From assembly GCA_943359455.1 (NCBI GenBank), contig CALRHL010000001.1:21184-85183 (forward strand): a stretch of 64,000 nucleotides of DNA, read 5' to 3'. Positions 33,552 to 44,868 of this stretch are shown here, in pieces (positions within the stretch are counted from its first letter, which is position 1; each line of letters opens with the position of its first letter). This DNA comes from Candidatus Uhrbacteria bacterium RIFOXYB12_FULL_58_10. GTDB lineage: Bacteria > Patescibacteriota > Patescibacteriia > UBA9934 > GWF2-40-263. The notes under the pieces were generated by a model, which did not search any database, had not been told where the DNA came from, and saw nothing but the letters and a program-made list of their open reading frames with translations. The translations under genes were made by a program, and so were the position numbers.

Positions 33552-35774
33552 ATGTCCCGAAAACCGAAAAATAAGCGATCACAGGAATCCCATCCATCAC
33601 GTCCACGTATTGAGCTTGATCCAGAAACGCGTCGTGGGATTAGCGCCGTGCTCCTGTTTGCTTTTTCTGCACTTCTTTTTCTCTCCTTTTTTCAAATTGC
33701 CGGAACACTTGGGTCCTACGTCGACCACTACGCATCTCTTCTTTTTGGATGGGATCGTTTCCTCGTCCCTCTCCTTTGTATCATCATCGGTGCATCCTCC
33801 ATGTATCCCGATCGCGGTCGGCTTTCGACCTGGAATTATCTCGGCATTCTTTTTTTCTTTTTGTCTTTTAACGCGCTCATGAATTTAATCCCTGCAATGA
33901 GTGCATACTCACTACTTCCTGGCGGCTACATTGGACAATTTCTTGCAACGATCCTTCCAAATATTGTTGGTTATTGGGGAGCGATCGTCACAGTGTGTGC
34001 GCTTCTTGTGGTTTCCATCATGCTTACCTTCAACACGTCGTTGCGTAACATGCTTGGACTTCATACACATATCACTGGGAGGTTTGGAGAGATGTTGCAT
34101 CGGTCGGAGATGAAATCTGTGGAGGAGAATGATGAAGAAGGTCAGCCAGAAGGAGAAATATCAGATACAAGGCCATCAGACGATATTGAAGAAGAAATCG
34201 AGGAGCCAGAACCTGTATTTCGAACAAAAACATTGATTGAATCAGAACGCTCGCAGCCAGAGCGCGCGCTGACAACAAAAAATATTCGAAAAATGGCGAT
34301 TCCACTTGATCTTTTGGAGTACCGTGCAAACAATGCGAACTCAGGAGATCTTGAACGCAATATTGAAATTATTTCTCGTACATTTGAGCAGTTTGGCATT
34401 CCTGTTGAAATGAGCGAGACCGCAACTGGTCCGACCGTCACGCAATACACCCTTCGACCATCACAAGGAATTAAACTCTCTCGCATCGTTGGACTACAAA
34501 ACGACCTTGCGCTTGCTCTTGCAGCGCATCCAATTCGTATCGAAGCACCAATTCCAGGAAAGTCTCTCGTTGGAATTGAAGTTCCAAACCAGACGATCGC
34601 AACGGTGAGTCTCCGCGAGCTTATGGAGTCAAAACCATTTAAGACTCGCACGAGTAACACAACGATCCCCCTTGGAAAAGATGTCTCAGGAATCACTTGG
34701 ACCGCCGCGCTTGAAAAAATGCCACATCTGCTTGTCGCTGGAGCGACTGGGTCTGGAAAGTCTGTTTGTTTGAACACCATTATTGTTTCCTTATTGTACG
34801 AAAATGGTCCAGATGAATTGAAGTTGATTCTTGTCGATCCAAAGCGTGTCGAAATGAAAATGTACGAAGGTATTCCACATCTGCTCGTTCCACCGATCAC
34901 AAAGGCCGACGACACCATCAATGCTCTCAAATGGACGGTACGTGAAATGGAACGTCGACTCGATGTGCTTTCAAAATTTGGTGCACGAGATATCAGCTCT
35001 TACAATGCAAAAGCCGAAGAAAAAATGCCAAAGATTGTCGTCATCATCGATGAACTTGCAGATTTGATGACCGCAAGTGGTCGCGAAGTCGAAGGAACAA
35101 TTATTCGTATCGCACAGATGGCTCGGGCCATTGGAATTCACCTCGTGCTTGCCACGCAACGACCATCTGTCGATGTCATTACCGGTTTGATCAAGGCAAA
35201 CTTCCCTGCACGCATCGCCTTTGCGGTTGCATCTCAAATGGACTCGCGAACAATTCTTGATTGTGCAGGAGCAGAAAAATTACTTGGTCGCGGCGACATG
35301 TTGTATACGAGTGCAGAATTGTCAAAACCAAAACGTTTGCAAGGTGCATACCTGTCTGATTCTGAAATCGAACGTATCGTTGCGTTTTTGAAACAGGAAG
35401 GCGTACCAGATTACAACTACGCAATTACAGAAACCGCTCGAACAGGAACAATTCTAGATGACGGAGACGGCGATGAACCACTGCTCGATGAAGCTGTTCA
35501 AGCAATCATCCAGGCAGGTCGCGCCTCGACATCGCTCTTGCAACGCCGTCTGAAAATTGGCTACGGCCGCGCCGCTCGCATCATGGACTTGCTTGAAGAG
35601 AAGGGTGTCATCGGCGCTGGCGAAGGAGCAAAACCACGAGAAGTCCTCGTCACCGAATGGCCCCCCGAGTCCGAAGAAATCGCTGAGTCCATTCCAACCG
35701 CTCAATCTGACCTCGACGAAGTCGATTCTGTCCTTGACGAACCCCCCGATCCAGCAGATGATATTCGTACATAG
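33552..35774 (+). CDS. ftsK: DNA translocase FtsK
   Basis: 4TM N-terminus, AGATGSGKS, IDELAD, ATQRPS and gamma domain LQRRLKIGYGRAA. Confidence 0.97.
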   Translation: MSRKPKNKRSQESHPSRPRIELDPETRRGISAVLLFAFSALLFLSFFQIAGTLGSYVDHYASLLFGWDRFLVPLLCIIIGASSMYPDRGRLSTWNYLGILFFFLSFNALMNLIPAMSAYSLLPGGYIGQFLATILPNIVGYWGAIVTVCALLVVSIMLTFNTSLRNMLGLHTHITGRFGEMLHRSEMKSVEENDEEGQPEGEISDTRPSDDIEEEIEEPEPVFRTKTLIESERSQPERALTTKNIRKMAIPLDLLEYRANNANSGDLERNIEIISRTFEQFGIPVEMSETATGPTVTQYTLRPSQGIKLSRIVGLQNDLALALAAHPIRIEAPIPGKSLVGIEVPNQTIATVSLRELMESKPFKTRTSNTTIPLGKDVSGITWTAALEKMPHLLVAGATGSGKSVCLNTIIVSLLYENGPDELKLILVDPKRVEMKMYEGIPHLLVPPITKADDTINALKWTVREMERRLDVLSKFGARDISSYNAKAEEKMPKIVVIIDELADLMTASGREVEGTIIRIAQMARAIGIHLVLATQRPSVDVITGLIKANFPARIAFAVASQMDSRTILDCAGAEKLLGRGDMLYTSAELSKPKRLQGAYLSDSEIERIVAFLKQEGVPDYNYAITETARTGTILDDGDGDEPLLDEAVQAIIQAGRASTSLLQRRLKIGYGRAARIMDLLEEKGVIGAGEGAKPREVLVTEWPPESEEIAESIPTAQSDLDEVDSVLDEPPDPADDIRT

Positions 35775-35775
35775 C

Positions 35776-36489
35776 ATGTCTTTCACCATCCGCAAACTCA
35801 ACTCCTCCAAAACGCTTGGGGAAGAAATCCACGAGCTTCGTCGCGCGACCGGTTTAACGTTGTCTGAGATGGAAGCAAAAACAAAGGTGCGTCGTGTCTT
35901 CCTCAACGCGTTTGAAACAAACTCCTACGAAAAACTTCCGGAAACACTGTATGCAAAAAACTATCTTCGCAACTATTTGCGTGGACTTGGTGTTCCAGAA
36001 GCCGACTACTATCTCAAACGATGGGAAGAGCAACGTGGCACATGCGACTTTGTCGACGCCGCTCGACTTCCACGACAACGTATTCGTGCACGTGCATTTC
36101 TCGTCATGAGCCGCTTCGTCAAAATCGCAGGAGTCGCTGCTGTCCTTCTTGCAATCACCTCCTACATCGGCCATGAAGTCAGAGCCATCACCTCTGCCCC
36201 AGACCTTGTGGTGTACGGACCGCTTGATGGCGAGGCAACAACAGACGCAACAATCGTCGTAACAGGCCAAACTGATCCAGACACACAAATCAAAATTAAT
36301 GGCGAATACGTTCTCTCAAACTCCGACGGAACGTTTGAATCCTCTGTCCTCCTCGAACGCGGATTGAATCTCATCAAAATCGAAGGTGCAAAACGCTACT
36401 CGCGATCGTCGACGGAGTATCGAAGAGTCGTGCTGGAAGAGGCGAAGAATACAGCGCTATCTGACACGGATCCTTTACTTATTCCCTGA
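35776..36489 (+). CDS. RodZ-like HTH protein with TM and Ig-like C-terminus
   Basis: TLGEEIHELRR...LPETLYAKNYLRNY HTH, TM, LERGLNLI. Confidence 0.8.
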   Translation: MSFTIRKLNSSKTLGEEIHELRRATGLTLSEMEAKTKVRRVFLNAFETNSYEKLPETLYAKNYLRNYLRGLGVPEADYYLKRWEEQRGTCDFVDAARLPRQRIRARAFLVMSRFVKIAGVAAVLLAITSYIGHEVRAITSAPDLVVYGPLDGEATTDATIVVTGQTDPDTQIKINGEYVLSNSDGTFESSVLLERGLNLIKIEGAKRYSRSSTEYRRVVLEEAKNTALSDTDPLLIP

Positions 36490-36513
36490 GCGAAGCAAAG
36501 CGAAGTCGAAGGG
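36484..36513. repeat. REP-like element supplying the stop codon of the RodZ-like gene
   Basis: CCCTGAGCGAAGCAAAGCGAAGTCGAAGGG, near reverse complement of 49686-49714. Confidence 0.7.
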
Positions 36514-36558
36514 TACAAATCAGACCTCGGTCTGATTTTTTGTTATACTATCATCGAT

Positions 36559-38304
36559 ATGCCGGACCCGCGACGAGGACAGCATCAGCCGAGTGAACTT
36601 GATCAAACTGGTCAGGAGTTTTTGGATGCGCAGGCGGTGAAACACCCAGACTCCGTCGGTGAGTTGAAACAAGCGACTGAGTCGTCGGCTCGAACGGTGG
36701 AAGCGGTGCTTGGGGATACGAAAACGTTGGATGAATGGATTGAATTGAGTGTGAATTTGGAAGAATTGTTTCTCGAAGAAGCTGATGGAGCGCTTGGGAA
36801 AAAACTTATTGAACTATCCGCGCTTGATGATGCGGAATTCACCCAAAGACGAGAGGAGGCTGAAACGATTGTGAAACAAAGCGCGGATGCGGCGTCGCAT
36901 TTATACCCACTTATTCACCGACTCCAGACACTTGGATTTGCATCAAACCGCGAAGAGACCGTTCGAAAACTATCTGTCGGGGATTTGATCACCACAGAAA
37001 AAGTCCACGGTGTTTCTATTGTTCCTGTCCGCACAACCATAATCGGTCTCTTGCATCATCTCGACAAGCGTCTTCGTTCAAATATCTGGTCACTTGAATA
37101 TCCCCCAGAAATCCCACCAACCATCGTGGTTACAGATCCGTTTGATGCGCATGCAACAGAAGAACATTGGAAACGACTGATCCTCACAAAGCGTGAAATG
37201 TTTCCGGACGAAACTCACTCAATCCTCACGATTAGTGGAGACAAGACGATTGCGATTGCGTGGGAGATTGAAAATATTTTAGAGAAGACAAATGATCAGG
37301 ATTTGAAACAGGCCGCGACGGTGCTCGTTGAGTTTCTAAACCGAAAAGCGATGTACTACCAAGACCCTGATCCGCGTGATTTTGAACTGTATCACCTCGG
37401 CATGGAGCAACCGGAAGATTTGATGAAAATATTTCATTCACTCGACACGATCAAACACAAAGATCCAGAACTGTTTTTAGAAATACTCGGGGTAAATCCA
37501 GAAGACGGCGGTCGTTCGTCGTACTTTGGATCGCTTTTGCACAAAGCGATTTACAATACACAAATGGCGGTCGAACGAGCCGGACCAGAGCTCGGTGAGT
37601 TGGCGATCCGGACGATGATGAAACAGTTAATGACAATGTCCGCACATGTAAAAACGTATGCGGGAATTGTCTCGCAAGAATCGTTAAAAGCACTGGCGGG
37701 AGAAATGCGGAAAAAACTTGAAGGGGTGAAAGGGGAAGAGAGAGGAAAGATGCTCGCCATGATGGCTGTGCCGTTCTTACCGCTCGCGATTGATTCGGAG
37801 GTGCATCGTCAACTCGAATCTCTCCGCGAGACGAGTATGGAAACGGTCAGTGCTGACTTAAAACGTCGTATTGATGATACCGAACACCCACTCAAATTAC
37901 TCGAATTCATTGCAAACATGCCTACCATTGCATTCAATCTGCCAGAGATTCGAAAACCACTCGAACAACTATATCCTGGCAAACGAATCGATGGACCACT
38001 CCTTCAAAAACTTTGTCGCGAGCGAGATCGTGAAATTCTGTTACCATTGTACGATCGAATACCACTCGTTGACGAAACAAAAAAAGACCTTGGAGTCAAT
38101 CATCTTCTAAAATCACTCGTCGATGATTCCCTAGCTCTTGAAGGACGTTTTGCACGAGCAGGTATTTTTGCCACAAAACAAGTTCTTCGTTACCAAGGAA
38201 AAATGATAAAAGCTCTAGGTGAACGTGAACAAAGTGTTTACGATACAGTCGTCCTTGAAGAAGAGCATCCAGGGTTTCAACTATTATTTTACTATTTTCA
38301 ATGA
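36559..38304 (+). CDS. Hypothetical protein (581 aa, helical)
   Basis: Long ORF with a -10 box just upstream. Confidence 0.75.
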   Translation: MPDPRRGQHQPSELDQTGQEFLDAQAVKHPDSVGELKQATESSARTVEAVLGDTKTLDEWIELSVNLEELFLEEADGALGKKLIELSALDDAEFTQRREEAETIVKQSADAASHLYPLIHRLQTLGFASNREETVRKLSVGDLITTEKVHGVSIVPVRTTIIGLLHHLDKRLRSNIWSLEYPPEIPPTIVVTDPFDAHATEEHWKRLILTKREMFPDETHSILTISGDKTIAIAWEIENILEKTNDQDLKQAATVLVEFLNRKAMYYQDPDPRDFELYHLGMEQPEDLMKIFHSLDTIKHKDPELFLEILGVNPEDGGRSSYFGSLLHKAIYNTQMAVERAGPELGELAIRTMMKQLMTMSAHVKTYAGIVSQESLKALAGEMRKKLEGVKGEERGKMLAMMAVPFLPLAIDSEVHRQLESLRETSMETVSADLKRRIDDTEHPLKLLEFIANMPTIAFNLPEIRKPLEQLYPGKRIDGPLLQKLCRERDREILLPLYDRIPLVDETKKDLGVNHLLKSLVDDSLALEGRFARAGIFATKQVLRYQGKMIKALGEREQSVYDTVVLEEEHPGFQLLFYYFQ

Positions 38305-38310
38305 AGATGC

Positions 38311-39201
38311 TTGCCGGAAGATTTTCTCGAAAGATATTTCGATCACCGCACCGTGTTAGAAAGACGATTTCTTGACGCAGTCAAGCAGCGAATTTTTCGT
38401 GCAAGAGAATTTCCTGTTGTACCAATTCGCCCTGACGATCGAGCATATTTACTCGGACAGACACTCGTCGAACTCATCAAAAAAGGCGGAGGAGCAAAAG
38501 ATATTGTTGAGTCACAAGCAAACCAACTCGTTCAGTTGGCGAAACATGAAGAAAAAAATTTTGCTGACACGGTATTTCTGAGCATGCTTGCTTATGAGGG
38601 TGACGAGCAAATTGCCTTCACATTGTTCAGCACCTTCTGCGACCTGATTCCAGCAGAACGACTGTATCAGATACTCCAACTTGAGTCTCAACAAGTCAAA
38701 AAATTCAAAGAAATGTTTTTGGCGAAACCTATGCCGATCACGAAGGCGTATGTTGAGTATGTACGAGAAGTATTTAACTTTCGTCATTCTGGGCCAGCGC
38801 GATTGCAATGGTACGAACATCAACGAAAAATTGAAATGTATGCGAGACTTAATCGAGCACTCATTGACGGAGTGTCACCACTGACATTTTCTTTGACAAC
38901 TCATGAGTCTCCCTCCTCAAAAATCCAGGTGGACTTATTCGATATTCTGAACGAACTCACTATTGTATCGTACAACAAACATTTTGTATGGTTTTCTCCA
39001 GAAGTCCTTCTGACGATACAAAAAACATTGTTTGAACTTCCAGAAGAACAAAAGTTATATGCACGTAATAAATTCAAAGACTACCTGGGTGGAGAGATAA
39101 CTATAGACGACCTCACAATCGCGATGATTTCTGTCATGACAAACAAATACTTGCGTCCTGGTTGGCCGAAAGATAAAAGAAATGCTTCAAACCATTCTTA
39201 A
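38311..39201 (+). CDS. Hypothetical protein
   Basis: 296-aa ORF directly after the previous gene, followed by a hairpin. Confidence 0.7.
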   Translation: MPEDFLERYFDHRTVLERRFLDAVKQRIFRAREFPVVPIRPDDRAYLLGQTLVELIKKGGGAKDIVESQANQLVQLAKHEEKNFADTVFLSMLAYEGDEQIAFTLFSTFCDLIPAERLYQILQLESQQVKKFKEMFLAKPMPITKAYVEYVREVFNFRHSGPARLQWYEHQRKIEMYARLNRALIDGVSPLTFSLTTHESPSSKIQVDLFDILNELTIVSYNKHFVWFSPEVLLTIQKTLFELPEEQKLYARNKFKDYLGGEITIDDLTIAMISVMTNKYLRPGWPKDKRNASNHS

Positions 39202-39243
39202 ACAAAAACTCAAAACTCGACCATGACGGCCGAGTTTTGAGTT

Positions 39244-39597
39244 TCAGGCATGTGAGACTTCAAGCTTATGCAATCGTATCTCAATCTTTGTCGCGAAACT
39301 ATTGAACATCAAATGTGTTTCCTCAATTGACTCTTTCAATGTCCGATAAACTGCATCGATCTTTGAATCCAATCGTAAAATGTCGTTCTTTATTCCAGTT
39401 ATCTCACCTTTAATGCTTGTTATCTCACCCTTAATGCCAGTTATCTCACTCTTAATGCCGTTGATCTCACCATTAATGCCAGTTATCTCACCTTTGACGC
39501 CAATGATCTCACCCTCAATCCCCACGATTCTCGTATTCATGGTGATGAGGTAACTCATTAGATCTTGATTTGTTGGTTGAATATTCATATCCTCCAT
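39244..39597 (-). CDS. Heptad-repeat coiled-coil protein
   Basis: (G/S)EITGIK-like 7-aa repeats encoded by 21-nt tandem units. Confidence 0.7.
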   Translation of the reverse strand: MEDMNIQPTNQDLMSYLITMNTRIVGIEGEIIGVKGEITGINGEINGIKSEITGIKGEITSIKGEITGIKNDILRLDSKIDAVYRTLKESIEETHLMFNSFATKIEIRLHKLEVSHA

Positions 39598-39617
39598 TTT
39601 ATTGAATTAATTCTATT

Positions 39618-40679
39618 CTACTCCCCATCCCCCTCGCTTACCACCGCAGGTGTCATTGCTTCTCCGCTCTCGATTTTTTTCTCGATGGCTTTGCGAATAT
39701 CTTTCATGGTTTTCGGATGCTCTTTCAAATAGTTCTTCGCATTCTCACGTCCAAGGCCGAGTTTTTCTTCACCAAACGAGTACGAATTTCCGCTCTTTCC
39801 AACGACACCAGCTGGGACACCAACGTCGAGCAAATCTCCCGAGATTGAAATCCCTTCGTTGTACATTATATCGAATTCACACGTGCGGAATGGGGGCGCG
39901 ACTTTGTTTTTGACGATTTTAACCTTCGTTCGATTCCCAATAATTTTCTCTGCCTGTTTAATTTGTGCGGAACGTCGAATCTCGATGCGGACAGACGCGT
40001 AAAACTTCAATGCATTGCCTCCCGTTGTCGTTTCTGGATTTCCAAACATCACGCCTATCTTCATGCGAATCTGATTGATAAAAATAACGGTGCAGTGCGA
40101 CTTGTTGATGATACCTGCAAGCTTACGAAGTGCTTGTGACATGAGACGTGCTTGGAGTCCCATATGTGAATCTCCCATTTCACCTTCGATTTCTGCTTTC
40201 GGTGTCAGGGCAGCAACAGAGTCAACCACAATAACATCAACGGCATTCGATCGCACGAGTGTTTCGACAATTTCAAGCGCTTGCTCACCATTGTCTGGTT
40301 GAGAAATAAAAAGCTCATTGATATTCACGCCAATTTTCTGCGCATATTCTGGATCAAGTGCATGTTCGGCATCGACGTATGCCGCGAGCCCACCAACTTT
40401 TTGAATTTCTGCAACGATGTGTTGAGCCAATGTCGACTTTCCAGAAGACTCCGGCCCATAAATTTCGATAATACGACCGCGTGGGACACCCATAACTCCA
40501 AGAGCGATATCGAGCGACAAACAACCCGTTGTAATCGAATCAACCTTCATCGTCTTCGCATCTCCAAGACGCATGATCGACCCATCACCAAAACGCTGCT
40601 TAATTTGAGAAATAGCCTCGAGCGCTGCCTTGTTACGCGCATTCCCAGCGTTGACCTCCTCAATAATCTGCTTTGCCAT
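39618..40679 (-). CDS. recA: Recombinase RecA
   Basis: [15 protein letters not shown] and [10 protein letters not shown]. Confidence 0.99.
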   Translation of the reverse strand: MAKQIIEEVNAGNARNKAALEAISQIKQRFGDGSIMRLGDAKTMKVDSITTGCLSLDIALGVMGVPRGRIIEIYGPESSGKSTLAQHIVAEIQKVGGLAAYVDAEHALDPEYAQKIGVNINELFISQPDNGEQALEIVETLVRSNAVDVIVVDSVAALTPKAEIEGEMGDSHMGLQARLMSQALRKLAGIINKSHCTVIFINQIRMKIGVMFGNPETTTGGNALKFYASVRIEIRRSAQIKQAEKIIGNRTKVKIVKNKVAPPFRTCEFDIMYNEGISISGDLLDVGVPAGVVGKSGNSYSFGEEKLGLGRENAKNYLKEHPKTMKDIRKAIEKKIESGEAMTPAVVSEGDGE

Positions 40680-40918
40680 AATAAAAACGATTACATTGAA
40701 TTACGTTCGGGATCAGTCGTCCCAGAGTACCAAATCGAGCTCGTAAGGACAATCTACCATAATTTAGCTAGGTTGACAAGTATTTTGTTGGTGTTTTAAA
40801 ACAGAGGATATTCAGAATCATCACATCTTCGCCAACCTTCGCATACTTTTCTCTGTCAGAAATTCAAAACATTTTTTCACTCGCTAGGAGTTATCCACTG
40901 TGCTATAATTTCATTAAT

Positions 40919-42604
40919 ATGTCATTTGAATATGAAAATTCTCCTCATGAAGATAGGAGCGTTCCGAGTCCGAAAGCTCTTATTGAAACCGTGCATAAAA
41001 AACTTGATGCAGAACGTCAGCAAACAGGAAATCGAGAGTTTCGTGGGATGATGATTAAGTTGCGAGAAAGTCCATGGCTTGCTGGACCACTAAAAACACT
41101 CACGGCACTGCTTGCTGGAGTTCCATTGATCGCTCATGCGGGAGAAGCGTCTGATCCACCAAGAGATCTCTCTGTAGAATCTTCATTCTCCATAACGGAA
41201 CCAGAAGAAGGCCGAGATGAAACAGACTCTGCTCATCTCATTGCCAGTGAGGAGCTTAGCAATCTCCTTCTTGCAGAACAGCCATTCCGTCGAACACCGA
41301 TTGAACAAGCATCGGATGCTGAGTTTCCATTTCCTGAATCAGATGAAGTCTATCTGCTTCAGCTCGCTGATCTAGGAAAAACAATCGAGGCAGGGCAAGC
41401 GGCTCCAGAATATTATGCGCGAGTCGGTCGTCCTGAATGGACGCCGTACCAGCGATCACTATTCTCCGCATCTCCTGTCCACGAACGCTTTTTCGAATTG
41501 CATCCAGAATATCGTCGATTGTCACCACAAGACTACGTGAAAGAATATCCAAACATGTTGCAAACCGCGGCAACAGAATTTCGATTCTCAAATGAGTTTC
41601 GATTTGTCACAGACAATGTCCAAACAGCATTTTTAGAAATCGCTCCTAAGCTGAAACCTGAGGAAGCATTATCTCAGTACAAATTTATTTTAGAAACAAT
41701 GGGTCGTCAGGTTGGGCTTGCTCATGTCATTGAGTTATCAAAAGGGTTGCAGGAGCTTCTTTCAACAGACCATCCTATTATCCAATACATGAGTGACCTC
41801 GACCTCAAGGACGCGGAGTCATTTCTAAAACCTGACAAAAAAAACATCGTTCACATCGATCAAGCAAATGGACAACTGCGCGTTCTGAGAAAAATATATC
41901 AAAGTTTTTTATTGATCGATTCTTTTCCAGCGATTGGAGGAAAACGACAGTCGCCAGAAATGTCTATTGTAGGAAAACCATCAGGAAGTGAGTATGTGCA
42001 CGTTCCAGATGTCGTGATGACCGTCTCGTCCGTCGATCGAGCAAAAACATCTTGGACATGGCAACGCTCATGGGTTTCACAAGATGCACTCATTCGAGAA
42101 CAGAGAAACGAGTTACAATATCAACATCCCGGTACAAAACAATGGTACGACCTCACGGGACCAAAAGCCGCATTCTTCCCAGATTCAGACGGAAATGTCA
42201 TTCGACCATTTGATTCACATTTCGAACCAATGGACCAAGCACTTATTCGAGCCGCATCACATTCAAACGCAGACCAGTCCGTCACTTTTGTTCCAAAAAT
42301 CTGGACAAAGGAAGAAATTGTTTCATGGAATGGGGGAGAAATTCCTTCGAAGTGGAAATGGAATGATTTTGGATCAACAGCGCTTCGTTTAAGTTTAAAT
42401 GGTGAGCGCACGAACATTAACATTCATTCAAAACCAAATGAAGATCCAAACGACTTCTTGGGAGATCGAACGCATGGGTGCATTGCTACATACAGTGAAT
42501 ACATGAAACAGGTCGTTGATCTTTATGGAGTAAGAAATGGAACAACGGTCGTTGTCACAAACACCCACAGCTACGATCTCAAAAAACAGCTCGCACATAA
42601 ATAA
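40919..42604 (+). CDS. Protein with C-terminal L,D-transpeptidase-like (YkuD) domain
   Basis: NIHS...RTHGCI His/Cys motif. Confidence 0.65.
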   Translation: MSFEYENSPHEDRSVPSPKALIETVHKKLDAERQQTGNREFRGMMIKLRESPWLAGPLKTLTALLAGVPLIAHAGEASDPPRDLSVESSFSITEPEEGRDETDSAHLIASEELSNLLLAEQPFRRTPIEQASDAEFPFPESDEVYLLQLADLGKTIEAGQAAPEYYARVGRPEWTPYQRSLFSASPVHERFFELHPEYRRLSPQDYVKEYPNMLQTAATEFRFSNEFRFVTDNVQTAFLEIAPKLKPEEALSQYKFILETMGRQVGLAHVIELSKGLQELLSTDHPIIQYMSDLDLKDAESFLKPDKKNIVHIDQANGQLRVLRKIYQSFLLIDSFPAIGGKRQSPEMSIVGKPSGSEYVHVPDVVMTVSSVDRAKTSWTWQRSWVSQDALIREQRNELQYQHPGTKQWYDLTGPKAAFFPDSDGNVIRPFDSHFEPMDQALIRAASHSNADQSVTFVPKIWTKEEIVSWNGGEIPSKWKWNDFGSTALRLSLNGERTNINIHSKPNEDPNDFLGDRTHGCIATYSEYMKQVVDLYGVRNGTTVVVTNTHSYDLKKQLAHK

Positions 42605-42616
42605 AATGGCGTGGAG

Positions 42617-43300
42617 CTAAGGCTCCACGCTTTTTTGTTCCGCGATAGACGCATCACGTACCTCTTCGAGATACGGACCGTATCGAGTTGGATACAGAGC
42701 GGTCAAATCGACCGTGATAATCTCGGGAACTTCTGGCAACTTCGACAGAATCAGCACAGCCGTCCCAGGGTCACCGAGTCGGTAGAGTGCATCCATGTCG
42801 GTGTTGCGAAGCGCAACACATCCCCATGTCCAATCGTTTGTCCAATTTCCTGGATTCCCGTGTAGGAAGATGTCGCCGCCGAGTACTGTGTCTTGGGCTG
42901 GAAGTCGTCCTTTGTTGATCGCTTCGACAAGTGTGTTGCTCGTGTGGTGGTCAATGAGACCACTCAGACGAGCGCGCATCACATCATCGAAGTTCGGGTA
43001 GTTGATCCCGAGCGACTTATGAAACTGCGAATACGGGTTGCGGTGTGAAATCTTATACCATCCTTCTGGGGTCCGATTATCGCCACGCTTTTGCTTCGTT
43101 CCTTCTTGCGAAGCTGATCCCATGGTGATACTCACACATGTTCCAGCCATCAGCCGATCGTTCTCGTACACTCCAAGCAGATGCTCATCTTTTACAACCA
43201 TGATCACACGACCAGACGAATGTTCATCAGTTGCATACTCGTCCGGAAGAAACTCCGGACACACGGCCCAGGCAGCCGCAACCATCAACAGCAGTCCCAT
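42617..43300 (-). CDS. L,D-transpeptidase family (YkuD) protein
   Basis: GDNRTPEG, LGINYPN and IFLHG...WTWGCVAL. Confidence 0.9.
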   Translation of the reverse strand: MGLLLMVAAAWAVCPEFLPDEYATDEHSSGRVIMVVKDEHLLGVYENDRLMAGTCVSITMGSASQEGTKQKRGDNRTPEGWYKISHRNPYSQFHKSLGINYPNFDDVMRARLSGLIDHHTSNTLVEAINKGRLPAQDTVLGGDIFLHGNPGNWTNDWTWGCVALRNTDMDALYRLGDPGTAVLILSKLPEVPEIITVDLTALYPTRYGPYLEEVRDASIAEQKSVEP

Positions 43301-43456
43301 GTGCCCTCCTTGGGTTGGGGTTACTGAAGCAAGTATCGTAGCGGATTTTGAGCGTCTTGTCAATAAATCCATCCTAAAACATCTAGGTCCCTCTATTCTA
43401 TTGCGTTGTTATTCAATTTCTGGCAGGATACGCCAGCACCTAACAAAGGAGTGTGC

Positions 43457-44038
43457 ATGAAATTTGGAAAGCAGTTTGCCCCGAAGGTTTCAGATGCATT
43501 GACCGCCATGGGAATCGAACATGAGGTCATCTCTGAAACACATCCAGACCACGCAGAACGCATCGTGCTGAGAGCCTTCACCAATGGCTCTTCGCATGTC
43601 CATGAAATCAAACTCGATTTTCGGCACCACCCGCGTTACATCACTGCCTTCATCAAAGCGGCATTGACGACACTTGAGCGGGGACGTCGAATCTATGTCC
43701 AAATTTGGACAACATGTGGCGACATGGCACGCGTTGCCTATCAAACCGCCCTTGCTATTCGGCGTCTTGTCGACCGGCCACACACCTTTTCTCCTGAGCC
43801 ATACAACTTGCTCGGGGTCCGTGTGAAGGTCAATCCGACCGGCACAGAATCGCACATGAAATCATTTCCGATTCTCGACACGATCAGCAACGAACTACGA
43901 CGACTGACACACAACCGCCATGTGGCAGATGAACTGCGTGGCCGTATCCAACACGCCCTCGAAACTCGAGTACGTCGTGGTCCACCCGCCATCCGCGCGC
44001 TCCATGTCCAACATCGCTCCAGCTATCACGGCTGGTAA
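43457..44038 (+). CDS. Hypothetical protein
   Basis: SD AAGGAG upstream; hairpin downstream. Confidence 0.6.
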   Translation: MKFGKQFAPKVSDALTAMGIEHEVISETHPDHAERIVLRAFTNGSSHVHEIKLDFRHHPRYITAFIKAALTTLERGRRIYVQIWTTCGDMARVAYQTALAIRRLVDRPHTFSPEPYNLLGVRVKVNPTGTESHMKSFPILDTISNELRRLTHNRHVADELRGRIQHALETRVRRGPPAIRALHVQHRSSYHGW

Positions 44039-44097
44039 TACCAAAAGCCGACCATCTCTGGTCGGCAACTCACCATGCACTCCACGTAGTGCATGGT

Positions 44098-44664
44098 TTA
44101 TTTTGCAACCCTCTCCACATACATCCCTTCGGTGGTGTTGATCATGACTTCATCGCCTTCGCCAACAAAAATCGGGACGCGAATTTTTAAACCAGTTTCC
44201 GTGATCGCTTCTTTCGTCACATTTCCTCCAGCTGTATCTCCTTTTACGGCAGGTTCTGTCTCAACAACCGTATATTGAATCTTAAGCGGAAGCTGAATTG
44301 TAAGTGGAGTATCACCGTGCATAACAATCGTCACCTCAAGTCCTTCTTTCAAATACTTCAGATCGTCTCCAATATCATCTTTCCCCATCGCAATCTGTTC
44401 ATAGCTCTGATTATCCATGAACGTATACAACGTCCCATCATTAAACAAATACTGCATCTTTTTATACTGTACATCCTCAAACTCCAGCGTCTCTGCAGAT
44501 TTAAAATTATTTTCAACGATCTTTCCTGTTTTCATGCTCTTAATACGAGTTCTCACAAATGAGGATCCTTTACCAGGTGAAACACGTTGAAATTCAACGA
44601 CGCACCAAAGGTCGCCGTCGTAACGGATGACTGTTCCTTTTTTCAGTTCATTTGGAGATGGCAT
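44098..44664 (-). CDS. efp: Elongation factor P
   Basis: SPGKGSSFVR, KGDT..K and YVER. Confidence 0.97.
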   Translation of the reverse strand: MPSPNELKKGTVIRYDGDLWCVVEFQRVSPGKGSSFVRTRIKSMKTGKIVENNFKSAETLEFEDVQYKKMQYLFNDGTLYTFMDNQSYEQIAMGKDDIGDDLKYLKEGLEVTIVMHGDTPLTIQLPLKIQYTVVETEPAVKGDTAGGNVTKEAITETGLKIRVPIFVGEGDEVMINTTEGMYVERVAK

Positions 44665-44868
44665 AAGCAGAAGGAAAATTCTAAGTTCTAAGCACCAAAT
44701 TCCAAGAAATTCAAAATGCTAAAACAATAAATTACGCTCGGATGGTATCAAATGGCTGCGATATAGGCAAACCACAGACAGTCTCCCATTCCGGCTCTAA
44801 GAGCCGGAATGGGAACAGGGTGACTTCCTAGTTCGATCATGATGTATCGTAATTGACCCGAGAACTTT

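Noticed and set aside
39380-39520. Tandem 21-nt repeats as a possible CRISPR/DGR array
   Set aside because: No spacers; the repeats are coding heptads
40680-40800. recA upstream hairpin or SOS box
   Set aside because: Only weak stems and no recognisable LexA palindrome
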